NCBI GenBank assembly: GCA_044892505.1
Contig: CM097883.1
Coordinates: 80,848,001 to 80,912,000, forward strand
Direction: 5' to 3'
DNA from: Schmidtea nova
Lineage: Eukaryota
Length of the DNA stretch: 64,000 nt
The notes under the pieces are model-generated. The model had not been told where the DNA came from and ran no database searches. It saw nothing but the letters and a program-made list of their open reading frames with translations. The position numbers were made by a program, and so were the translations under genes. Below, one piece after another: positions 27,366 to 39,050 of the stretch. Each line of letters begins with the position of its first letter. The stretch's first letter is position 1.

Positions 27366-28362
27366 TGAATCACTAAGTGTAGAATTGACGTTGTTGAAAT
27401 TTGTTAGAATCTTTACTTTAACTCCTCCGAGATCAAGATTTTTGAAGTAAAACATCCTTATATATGTTCTTAATAATATAATTATGGTAAATTTATTACT
27501 ACTTTGCTAGAATTGCTCTTACTAATTTGAATAACTACGTATTAATTTAAAAATTTCGCTTTTTTAAAGTGATTATTTATCGTTGATAACCGGCAGACCT
27601 ATTTATTGGATGTTTCAGAAGTAGGGGATAGTAAGGACTCTGGGCCACTTTTTTCACATAGCAACGGTTGCTAGGTTGGAAAAGATAACTCTGTTGCGTT
27701 TCGGTCGGAATTGAAAGTAACTATAAAATTTGATGATAATGATATCATTATTATCGATTCCCGATCAAAGAATAGCGGTGTAGTCAAAATTGGTTTCGAC
27801 AATTAAAATCAATTCACAAAAAAATTTTTTTTTAATTAAAATTTATAATTTAGTAATTAATAATTTAGTATTGTTATTAAGGGAAATTTTCTTATGTTAT
27901 TTGTAATATCAAAAAAAAGAAATTTTAAATTAGTAAATTACTATTATTATTAGTATTGGTACTCATATCTTTATGAGTTTAGAGAAACTGTAATTGTTAT
28001 TATTATTGTTGTTATTATGCTATAGTTATTAGTACTGTTGGGTTAGTACAAAGATAAATTAAAGACATATCAAACAATTAATCAAAAAAGGGATAAGATA
28101 TAAGAGAAAACATTAAAAGAATAAAGAAATAAGAAAAATAATCAGTAAAGAAAAATAAGCCAATTAAAACAAATAAATGAGAAGGAAACTCAATCAAAAA
28201 CGATATAAACGCGAAATTAAATAGAAAATTAGAAATAACAAGAAGCAAAGAAAATAAATGTAATTAATAAAAGGAAATAAGAAAATAATAATGAGAATAA
28301 GAAAAAAATAAAATAACACAATAAACTGGGTCATTGGACCAATAGGAAAATAGCTCGATTCT

Positions 28363-28431
28363 GATTGGCTGCCTGAGCCTCGATTTCACTATATAAAGAA
28401 GTGCTCAGGACAGCAGAATTAATGTCATTTT
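28363..28431 (+). promoter_or_regulatory. LTR Pol II promoter: inverted CCAAT, TATA, initiator-like TTAATGTCATTTT
   Basis: GATTGG at 28363, TATATAAA at 28390, TTAATGTCATTTT at 28419. Same order and spacing at 54847-54916. Confidence 0.7.
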
Positions 28432-29831
28432 ACACTCGAGCTAGCAATTTTATCCCACACACTTATTTCAATTGTTCGACAACACTCGGAGGAAGAATCA
28501 TCCTAATTGTGAATCTTGATCGGAAAACCATTGCAAGTATTCATGTTACTGTTTAAATACAATTTTATGCCGATAATCATACTTGTTTTCATGTGTTTAT
28601 TATGCTGCATAGATAATGAGAGGGTCGCCGCGATCTCGTGGTTGCCGGCTCTCCAGGGCGAACTGTCCCTGTTTCGTGTCTCGACACGGGGCGGAGATAG
28701 GTTGCTCTATAAAGACCTTTTCATAATATAGGCAGTGAGTGAAGGGTGAATGTCGGAAAACAGGTAGTAGCGTTCCGGAATCCTTAGAATTAATACAAAC
28801 TTTCAGAAAGAGCGATATGAGAGTGGTAGTAATAATAATCAGTTCAACGGTAATATCCCGCCATCCAAAGTCGAAAAATGATTAATTAGGAAGTCCCCGA
28901 AATTGCGAAGTTGCAGCTGGGAACAAATACAAAACTCTAAACCGTCAATTTTTTCTCTATAACTACGTAGGTACGATAGCGCGAGAATTGTCTAAACGCC
29001 GTAAATTTGCAGATATCCACTGAATATACTAGGCAGTACAATCCCTTTATTTTCCCGGTTGATTTCGATATGAAACTTTAACGAAAGCGTAATTTACTAA
29101 ACGAGTCAGATTTTCTACAATTTCATCAGCGTTAGTCATATGGAGCCGTCTCGTATAAACCAATTAACAAGAGAAAGTTGACGTAGGCAAATTTCTTCCG
29201 GAGTAGGGGATAATTTCTTACCTGAACAATCGATGAATGCAATAAATAGTCAAACATCAGAGAAGAGAGAGAATAGTTTCGCGTATTAAAGTAATGAGAG
29301 TTAATGTTGGGTTGGGGAAGCTAATGGCCGGAAACCAATTAATGAGTGACGGCGTGCGAGTGGTGTAAATTTTTAATGACCGGAGATGGAGTGATGGAAA
29401 ATAAATAATTAACATGAGGGAGAGAATCGTTTTCAAACCAACCCAACATTTAAATAATCACGAAACCAATTCTAAAGTTTAAGAAATTTTTACGTCACAA
29501 AATAAATCTAAGGTTATTACCATTTAACTTAACCAAAGTTGTAGAGACGGCAGTGAGTATTATAGACATAGTGAAGCCGTGTTGTAAGAAATTCTGACTA
29601 TTAATAGGTAAATTCTAATACTAACAGTTAGTAAATGTTGAACACCATGTACACAGACGCCGAATAGTTAAATAAGATAACTATTTTCAGTACGAACACA
29701 AATTAACTACGAGCGATTCCAATTATCATTAATTGCGTCGATACAAACTTAAGTTGACCTTGAGGGCCCATGATGTTAATATATAATCAATATGATATAA
29801 ATATATTTGAATATGTAGAATCGGTCCTAAC

Positions 29832-30281
29832 ATGTTCTACACTGGCTTACAAGTCCGAGGAGCGAGGGCGGAGTCGTCGACGATCCATGCATCTACAACC
29901 AACCACAATGTACACGACAATCACTTGATTTTATTTATACCCCTCAAGGAAATCCCTACAGAACTAGCCAGAGAAATTTTCGCCAAACATCGAGCGGAAT
30001 TCGAGCGAACGGGGGCCATCCTTCCTTTTAGTTTATTCAAAGATAGCCCTTCCGAAATCATCTGGCATGGCAGTAAGGAGTGGCCGATCGATGTGGATCG
30101 CCCTTATTGGCCCAATCAAGCGAGCTATTTCGTGGAGACTCCCACTGAGATCCCAGGGAGATTTCAAGTATATTTCAAAGGCGAGATACCCAAAGCCGAA
30201 TTTCTGACACGGGACGATTTGTGTTCGCTCCCGCTCCAACGACAAGCCCTACTGACTCTCCGTTCAGCCCCTCGACGTTAA
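29832..30281 (+). CDS. LTR-borne small ORF type A (WPIDVD family), unknown function
   Basis: Open 149 codons. Homologous relics at 26924-27365 (-) and 61760-61955 (+). Confidence 0.6.
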   Translation: MFYTGLQVRGARAESSTIHASTTNHNVHDNHLILFIPLKEIPTELAREIFAKHRAEFERTGAILPFSLFKDSPSEIIWHGSKEWPIDVDRPYWPNQASYFVETPTEIPGRFQVYFKGEIPKAEFLTRDDLCSLPLQRQALLTLRSAPRR

Positions 30282-30758
30282 GTGAATCTGATGAAAGCTA
30301 CAACGACGCTAAAATCCTCAAGGAGGACTAAATTTTAAATGTGTTGCATCTGTAGTCCGTTAAAATTATATGTTTGGGTGTTGTTCAATTGTTCTTGATA
30401 AATTAAGTGTTTTAGTACAGTTACAAGAATAATTACAGTAACCAGTAATACACCATAAACATAAATGAATTACATCGTGAGATAAGAAATAATAACGATA
30501 GAAATCTCAACTAGGTATGAATAGACTGAACTTCTATAAAATAATAAATAAAGGAAAGCACATCTTATAATAAGTCGGAACAAGTTAGACGGGTCCGCCC
30601 CAGGAATGAACACCCAAGGGAAATCACATAAAATGATTGATGAAAAGTAGAATAACTTTTATGAGAACCGAGTAGGAGTCGCCTAAGAATCATCCTTGTT
30701 ACAGTTAAACATAATCATGCTGTTAGGATTTTATCTTTCTTTCTTCATATAGGAAACT

Positions 30759-31173
30759 ATGGCTATCAACGAAAAGACAATAGGACAATTAAAGAGACCT
30801 CAAGAGCAGTTATTTTTCACCGGCCGAAATGAAGAGATTAAATGAAAAATTGATAAGAGCGGCCCAGGTGGTACAAGATCAGAAGAAGGAGATAGACGCG
30901 TTGAAGATCGAATTGAAGAACTGTCAATCGATCATAACGGAAAGATTTATAGCCGTAAACTTGAGAGAATTGATTCCCCCTATAACCTTGGAGAAATGGT
31001 TTTCTACGCCGGATCAGTCAGCACGTACAGACATTGAGACGACGACAATTCAGCCGCCAAAGCGAAGACGACGGAAATCGCCTGCGCAACGACGCCACCA
31101 GATAAAGTTGAAGTTAGAAATCGAAACGACCAAAGTAACTATCGGGATGGACGTCGACCGACCGATTGCATGA
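30759..31173 (+). pseudogene. LTR-borne small ORF type B (coiled coil plus basic tail); +1 frameshift near 30790
   Basis: Polypyrimidine tract and AG at 30751-30752, ATG at 30759. RDLKSSYFSPAEMK..QKKEIDALKIELKNC..LRELI..TLEKW aligns with ORF 56658. AATAAA at 31216. Confidence 0.7.
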
Positions 31174-33170
31174 AGACTCAGAACCATTTGTGTATTATGA
31201 TTGTAATGTGATGGGAATAAATACATGTATATATAAGGTCTTGTTGTTGCTTAGATAAGTTTTATTTCCAAATAAAACTAGTAATCATAATTGTACGGAA
31301 TAAACCATTGTTGAGTGAACTAGTAAAGTGTTAGAAAATAAGGTAGCCAGTAGGAACTCGTAGAGTAGTAGCGAAAGGGCAAGTTAAGAAATATTAAGCG
31401 AACACCCGAAATTAGTGACCAGCGCAGGGTGAGAGGAAATAGAATAAGACCTTCTATCGGTCAAGTGAGAACCCGAACGATGCGACAAGTCAGGAGTAGT
31501 TCTTATAAAGGAGCTCACCTGCTGACTTGCGATCGGCTGTTATGCACATTTCCAACGTGAATGATTAGGGTAATTCACGGGTGCATGAACAGTAAAGCTT
31601 TTATGTGTGTGTTGGACCCTAGAGAGCAAGGAAGTGTAGTTCAAGAATATGAAGTGCAGTAGACATAGAGAGGTAGAAAGCAACTTTAGGCTTTGATTTT
31701 TATTACAACACACCAACAGTACTATTATTAATATTAATTTACATTAATAAATTATTAAATTATTATGTTTCTTTAAGAAACTTTCTTATTATGTTTAGTA
31801 TCGTTATCAAATTACTATTACTGAAATATTATTATTTTTTTGTAAATAGAAAAAGAAAATTGTAATTAATAAACTATTATTCAATAATTTTTTTTATTAT
31901 TGAAAATTTTAACCCATTAATATTATTAGTAACGTTAAATTTCGGCGTTAATTATTTTATTTATTATTATTATTAGAAATTTTATTAATATATAAATAAA
32001 TTTTTAATAGTTAAATTTTGCATTAGAATTTTGAATTTGGCTTGCTATAGCAAATTTCTGTAGTAAGCCAAAATACAAATGAAAAAAAATCGATTTCTAA
32101 CAAAAAAAATAATTACAAGATTAAGCTAATAAATGAAGGTTTCTGTCAATTCCTTTTGGGATAACTTAATAGAGTAAAAAAATTATTCTACTCCACGAAT
32201 TTGGGGAAGTAAATTTTCTTACTGGGCTCCTGTCCTACAACTAATTATCAATTGTTTTCCATTTTGAAATTTCGAATTACCCTATCATCATAAGCGACAA
32301 GGTTGGATTCTGTCATAGGCTAAGAATCAGTTATTCACCAAGTCAATCCCCAAAGAAATATTTCTACCGATATTAAAGATTCAATTAAAGATTTGTTACT
32401 TATCCAAGAGGATTGGAAAGTAAATTACAAAGACAATCCCTAAAGAAATTATTTCGCTGAATTAAAGTAACTTCGTGGTTTTAGAACTCATTTAAAAACA
32501 TTTTCTTCTGAATATAACTTTTTTAAATAATTAATTTGTTATAATACTTTGTTGTTATTTGGTTACAGCATTCACAAATACACATGCACCCAGGCACACA
32601 AAAATATAAACACTCACCCCAAGTGATTCCACATAACTTTCAAGAGACTCTCTTGGGCTTTGCCACTTCTTCCATACAACACACTATATCTCAACCTATA
32701 TAAATACATAAATACCAATAGAAAAATATTGTATACCAACAACGTGTAATAAAATTACACTTCCATTTTATTTCATCAATGTGGCACTTATGGTTTTGTT
32801 ATTTCAAATCCTTTTTGCATTTTTTAAAGTAATTAGAGTAATTTCACTGCTGTATATGTTCGAGTCCTTTGAATTTAAATAATTTTTAATTGAAAAACAT
32901 ACTTTGAATTGATGACTTCATTTCCGATTAATATTGCTTTTATGATTGTCATTTATTAATGGGCACATCAATGCCATACAAAGATATTTATTCTTTAAAC
33001 GATAAATGCCACAAAAGATTTTATTTTTTATAATCAAATTTATAACCAAATTCCATTTAAATGAACTTTGAATAAAGAATTTCTAACTTTTTTCAAACAG
33101 TATTTTACTTTTTACATTTTCTTTCTAAAAACCGTGGATGGTGTAAAAACAATCCAACCGTTGAAAATAA

Positions 33171-34001
33171 TGTCTGGCTAACACAACAATAAATTATAAG
33201 GATAAATTGTCCATTAAAAAAAAATTTAAAAAATAGAAATTAAATAAAACAGAAAATAAAATAAAAAGGGAATTAACGATAAATATAGACAACAAGAGAA
33301 ATAAAATTAAAAATATTACCACCAATTAATGAAAAAGAGTAGATATTTAAAAAAGAATAAAAAAGGAAAAATTCCAGAAAACAAACAAGGAATAAAATAA
33401 TAATAAGGAATTTAGAATTAATTAATTTAGATGATTCTTTCAATCACTTTCCACAAGTGGTGTGCAGTGTCTCCTGAACAGGTCCAAATATGTGAAGTCA
33501 CGTAAATTCTACCACCCCAAAAGACTAAACGTTCTCACCTAATTGCGAAGAAGAGAAAGATCAGACAACGACGTGAAATTCTATTCGATCAACAAGTGAC
33601 TAGACACTTAGAATATCTAGAAAATCTATTTGAATTGGACTTATTAAATGAAATACTTCACTTGTGAATGTAATTGTAAATAAAAAGTTCTCTTTTATAA
33701 TTGTTATTCATAGAAATAGTCGTGTTAAATTTCTTTGTTTTCAAATTCATCACAGTAGTAAGTTAAATAGTTTAGGTATATAAGACGAGGAGTGTATCAG
33801 TTGGAGAAGAAGTGATAATTAGCCAAAATTTGAGACCAGTTTGGCGAGAAAGCAACATTAAATGTCTTCTATCGACATAAGTGAACACGTTTGTAGGAAA
33901 TTAGTAGGGAGTAGTCATAGTAACATAGCTTACCTGTAAACTAGTTCAAAAGGCCCTAACGCACATTACCAACGTGATTATTTACACGGATAAACTGTCC
34001 A
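33171..34001 (+). mobile_element. 0.83-kb solo LTR of the same broad family
   Basis: TG...CA ends with ATAA on both flanks. TATA near 33778. Shares the 3' motifs CTTACCTG and GCACATTACCAACGT. Confidence 0.6.
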
Positions 34002-35934
34002 ATAACTAATAACCAAAAAACACAAATTTGACGAAGAAAATATGTCTCTATTGGCTCAAAATTTACAATGGTAAAAATTTCGCTATAGCTAATTATTGAT
34101 TAATTTTCTATTTTTAGAAACGGGATTTCCTTCTGATTCGGAATCGATGTGTAGGTTTTGCCGTTATATAGATATGGGCCAGACAATATACACTGAATAC
34201 TTTAACTGATACGGCTGCATTTTCGTACATCCAGCATCGACTTGAACAGTGTAAGAGGATTGAAAATTACTTATATTTTAAATATATGAGTAATAAACAC
34301 TGTAAATTTGTATTTTCGATATTTTCAACATAAAGGATACACAATGTAAACGGTTGTGTTTAAAGTTTTATTAGTAAAAAAGTGTAGCCGCTGCCATTGA
34401 AAGTTTCAAAAGTTTGTTTTTTAAAACTTTATATCAATTAATATTAAGAATACTGGTTTGAACATCCAAATGAGTGCACCACAACTTAAAAAAAGATAAA
34501 AATAATGACTGCCTAAAGAAAACATTTTCATTGATAGTGAGTCTGTTGATGTTTTCAAAGAATACAATCTTAAGCAACAGTTTCAGGCGAAGTGTGAATT
34601 ATGGAACAAAGCTGATAATTAGGGGCAAAATTTTAAGCAGGAAAAACTTTGGCTAAGTTATTATATGTAAGATACTACTAAAACTAGTTTAGCAATTGCA
34701 CAAAATCGTGAAAAACAATAAACGTTTTGCGGAGGGAGAAGTCCGTTCTTAACTTTGCCAATATTATTTATCTATAAGGTAAGAAAAAGTATGAAAATAT
34801 TGATAATTAAAGACAAAGAATATCGACCGTTTACGGTTGCCCATAGACTCTAAGTTTGCCAGGGCATTAGCTTTTTTGACATCGGTACTTACCTTTTGTT
34901 GACAACCACCTACTTATACCAGTATCAGTGTGGTTTAGCCAAGTGTGACAAATAGCAAGATAAAAGTTATTGTGATCGAGGGAATATAATTTAATTTTTA
35001 CTAAAAAATTATTATTTTTTATGTTAGCACGAGCACTGAAATAATTTAACTTTTTTGAATTTAATTTTAATCAAGTGTTTACTTACAGTATGATAATATC
35101 GACCAGATAGCATTCATACATTAGTTAACATTGATACAAAAAAATTAATTTAATTATTATACAATCATTCTGAAATTTAATTAACTACAAAATTTTTATG
35201 AGAAAAGAGCTTCTTAGACTGCTTAAAACGTATAAAGATAGAAACCTTATTAACTTGAAATTTTTTAGAAACATCAAAAAAACAAAATAAAAACCCCTAT
35301 GGAGAAAAGATAAAAGAAATTAAACATTAATTTAAAACATATTACAAAACAAGTATTTTTGGGCCAAAACTGAAACAAGTTAACATTGTTTTGAACGTTG
35401 TGGTAACATGTACAGAACGTGAAAGAAGTGGTGGGTTGTTGACCGTAAATATGACCGTTAGAATAAATGACATTTTAACTTTTTTTGAGATCTTAATTTG
35501 AAACCCCGAAAAAACGATGAATTTTCTTATACACATACAAAAAATCGAGTTTATTTGAATGAAACTGATAAAAAGGTTCCGCACCAAAGTTTTAATTGTT
35601 ATCTCAGTTTCTATGTATTACAGTACGTGAATGATAAATTCGAGATTTCATAAATACTCATTAGTACTTGTGAAATATAATGTTTATTATCACTGTTACA
35701 TTTAAAAACTTTTACATTTATCATAAAAGGAAATCAGCAGAGCTAATCACAGAGACCTGAATAAGCTTTTGTGTTTTTTAAAGAATGTAAGTTTGCTTTT
35801 GTAAAGATTTTTAAGTTACAGAAAACTATATAAATGTTAAATTTACCTCTTATATTGTAGCAATATCGTTCAAGAAGTCGTTAAATTCAGTAGAAAAAAA
35901 TGCAAGTATCTGGTCGGGAAATCTGTCTACCTCC

Positions 35935-36915
35935 ATGAAAATAAAGCGCAATTCAAGTATTCCTTTAGTCGACAATTTGACGGAGTTAGTACGAATGCCA
36001 AGAAACCGAGATATCCTTGGAAGATTTGTAAAACTAAGAACGGATTTGAAAGAAAGAGGCAAACGGATCTCGTTTATAACCGAGGAACTGCAGCATTTAT
36101 GGAATAAGTTTAGCTTTCATACTGTGTCTAAGCCTTTGACTTTAAAAAAAAGTTTAAAAAATTGTTGGAGAATACGAAAGCAATAGGCGAAGAAAATCAT
36201 CAAAGTTTCAAAATAAGATGAGTACAGTTTTTAATATTACAAAGACAGATGGCTTATGGCTCAGTAGTGAGGATAAACTATTTTACAAAAGCCAAATAGA
36301 ATCTGGAGGACAAGTAGGGTATGCCACAAGAAAACCAGCACCACTCTCAAGTATTCATCCATCAAGGAGAGCATGTCTTATACAATCTAAAGCTACTACT
36401 TCAGATGCAGTTCCTGAAACAAGCAATAGCGATACCAGTGACACTGACAGTCAATCACTAAGTGCATATTCAAATACCTCTTCAAGCTGCAGCTCGTCAC
36501 AATTAATATACAACAGCACTTCATCTGCGAGCAAATTTGTAACTCAAAACTCGTTGTCAACGCACCAGGCATTGAAAGTCTGCAAGAATTTATCTGCCGA
36601 AGGGTTTACTTTGCCTACTCCATCACAAAGTGGTGTATGGCGCAGTGTTATTAAAGCTGGGGAGAAAGAAAAGAAAAAAATAAAAGCAATCCTTCGAGAC
36701 AGAACCAGTTATTGCTTACATTTTGATGGTACAAAGATTTCCCAACCAGAATATGAAGAACGGCAAATAAATTTGGGAATACTGAAATGCCAAAGCGGCA
36801 AAGCGGAAGATATTTATAGAGAATTGAAATCTTTAATTGATGAATTTGATGCTTGGCGACATATTACGATGATTATTTGTGATACCACTGCTGTCAATAC
36901 TGGTCACCGTGATGT
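35935..36915 (+). pseudogene. Decayed DDE transposase, hATm-like
   Basis: YCLHFDG.. followed by MIICDTTAVNTG matches the hATm HWDG / DTTxxNTG signature. N-terminal DGLWLSSEDKLFYKSQIE. Truncated after the second D. Confidence 0.6.
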
Positions 36916-38537
36916 TGCTATGGCTCACATCAACAACTCAACACATAAAACATTAGATAAACCATCTTGTTGCCCGTCACAAGTAACGTTGGTAATGCAA
37001 CAAATGGGTGGGTATTCGCAATCAGTGAGCGTCGAAAATTCGAAATTATGATTGACCGAATATCTCCTGGGTCCAAGGACTACTGATAGAAGGTTTAGCA
37101 AAATAAAACAGATTAGATGAATAAATTTTATTAATTTGTCCCAATCAATCATGGTAGAAATCAAAATCTAGATAGTTCAGAGCATCATTCCAAAATTATG
37201 TCCAAATACACATACACAAGCCATGAACATAATAAAATCAATTCAAACATTTGAAGCGTTCCAGCAATCGTTCCTGCTTTCGATTTTCCAATATCGATTA
37301 AAGTGATCACCAACTTTTTCAAATAAACCTTTTCCCTTAATTTTCTGATCAAAATCTAGCATTTTCGCACTTTTAGTTTATTCCCAAGCTCATATTCAAA
37401 CATACCATCGCAACTCAATTCGGGGAATTAAATATTCCTTCGAAAATACATATATTCGGGGTAATTAAGCGGTATTATCCTATTTAAATTAACTATTATT
37501 TCTATGGTTTTTCAAATTCTGGATTTTTATGTTTTTAATTTACTTAAAACTCTATCTAAATACTACACTTAGTGTCTATATTGCGTTGTAAATTATTTTT
37601 AGCATTTTGTCGAAATTTTTGTTTTCAAATTTTTAAATTACCGCTGAGGCATTAGCAACAGAAATTGGAAAATTTTCATATATTTTAGTAATTTTTAGGC
37701 CTTATAATTATATATAAAATTTCCAATAAACTGAATTGTTATTGACATTTATATTCTCGGCGAATACCCCCCTTTTGATTGATTAAATTAGCTAAGTCTA
37801 TTATTATTCAACTATATTTTTATTTCAGGCGACACTAAAAATAGTGCAACCCGATTGGTTGGTTTTCTGATATTATATATCTATACATACTGTAAATATT
37901 TATTTTCTAGATTTATTTTATCTTTCGGAATTCCTACTAACTGCAGGTAAATTAAAAAATTTAGGATTTTATCTCGTTTATTCATTTCTTTTCTTTTACA
38001 TAGAGCGCAAACAGGGCACCACTGGTATTCGGATCGTCGACTGAAAATCCTCAAATGCAAATTTCTCACCCAATATCAAATTCAGACTTTTTTCAATTTT
38101 GTCCCTAAAAAATCTCGGATTTTTCGCAAAATTGATTTAATATTTTTGCATCAAATTTTAAATAAACTTTAAATAATTTATTTTTGATCTAAAATTTTAT
38201 TTTTAAATCAAAGTTTTTCTAATTTAGTTTAATTTACCAAAATTTTAACTAAAACCGTTTTCTTTCATATATTTTGAATTTTTATGCTTAAAATAGAAAT
38301 TTTCCTTCTAAAGTTGTGTTAAGTTTTTCTACTTTATTATTTTATTGCATAATTGGTGTTTTTATGTTATATGTGTTTTTCATGTGTATACTTAATGCGC
38401 TTTGGTTCATTTTAATTTTTAAACGTGTTTTATTTAATTATTTATGTGTTATGTTATTACTGTGTTTTACTTGGTGTTTTTCTCCATCGTATTTTAAGTT
38501 TACTTCGTGTGCGCTCTCTACATGCTGTATTACCGCG

Positions 38538-39050
38538 TTATTCAAACAAAATCCAGTTTTTGAACAACAGAAGTAATCTTAAATTTATGGAGAAAAACAA
38601 ATAAAAAATAATTTCAACTTCTTTTTCTTGGGTATCTGTTTCTATTGTATTTGTCTCTATTGGCACTGTTTTATCGTATAAAATTTGCCACCCGTCTTTA
38701 GATTGTATCCATGGCATCCCCTCAGATTTATATTTTATCAATATTTGTTCTGCTACTCGATTTACTTGTTCATCGGCATTTTTTATCAATATATTTTCTG
38801 ATCTATAAATGAGATATGCTAATACTGTTAGTACTCTATCCTGATTTATTCCTGTTCTGAATAATATTTTTGAGACCGCTTTTTCGTTAACAACTTCCAT
38901 CACTAAGTTATTTATATCTGTTTTAATTAATTTAATTTGATTCCCTGTGTTATTTTCTAAAGATAATAATTTTGCGTTTGGATATAGCCTTAGATTTACC
39001 GTTTTGATTAAATCTATTATTACATATATATCTTCATTATTTGTTGACAT
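38538..39050 (-). CDS. Orphan ORF of ~145-170 aa, unknown
   Basis: Open frame from ATG with globular-looking composition. The C-terminus runs into the dispersed repeat. No motif recognised. Confidence 0.35.
   Translation of the reverse strand: MSTNNEDIYVIIDLIKTVNLRLYPNAKLLSLENNTGNQIKLIKTDINNLVMEVVNEKAVSKILFRTGINQDRVLTVLAYLIYRSENILIKNADEQVNRVAEQILIKYKSEGMPWIQSKDGWQILYDKTVPIETNTIETDTQEKEVEIIFYLFFSINLRLLLLFKNWILFE

Larger units (their letters stand above)
28036..31718 (+). mobile_element. 3.68-kb solo-LTR-like element carrying small ORFs
   Basis: Starts TGTTGGG and ends CACCAACA. 4-bp TSD GTAC (28032-28035 / 31719-31722). No gag/pol recognised. Confidence 0.82.

Noticed and set aside
25708-27801. 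A single TG...CA LTR spanning the ORF-A copy
   Set aside because: Flanks AATT / ATTA do not form a TSD and internal orientation signals conflict. Probably two adjacent LTR fragments.
37881-38069. Possible two-exon host fragment with a short GT-AG intron
   Set aside because: The peptide is unrecognisable and the frame closes soon after the acceptor.
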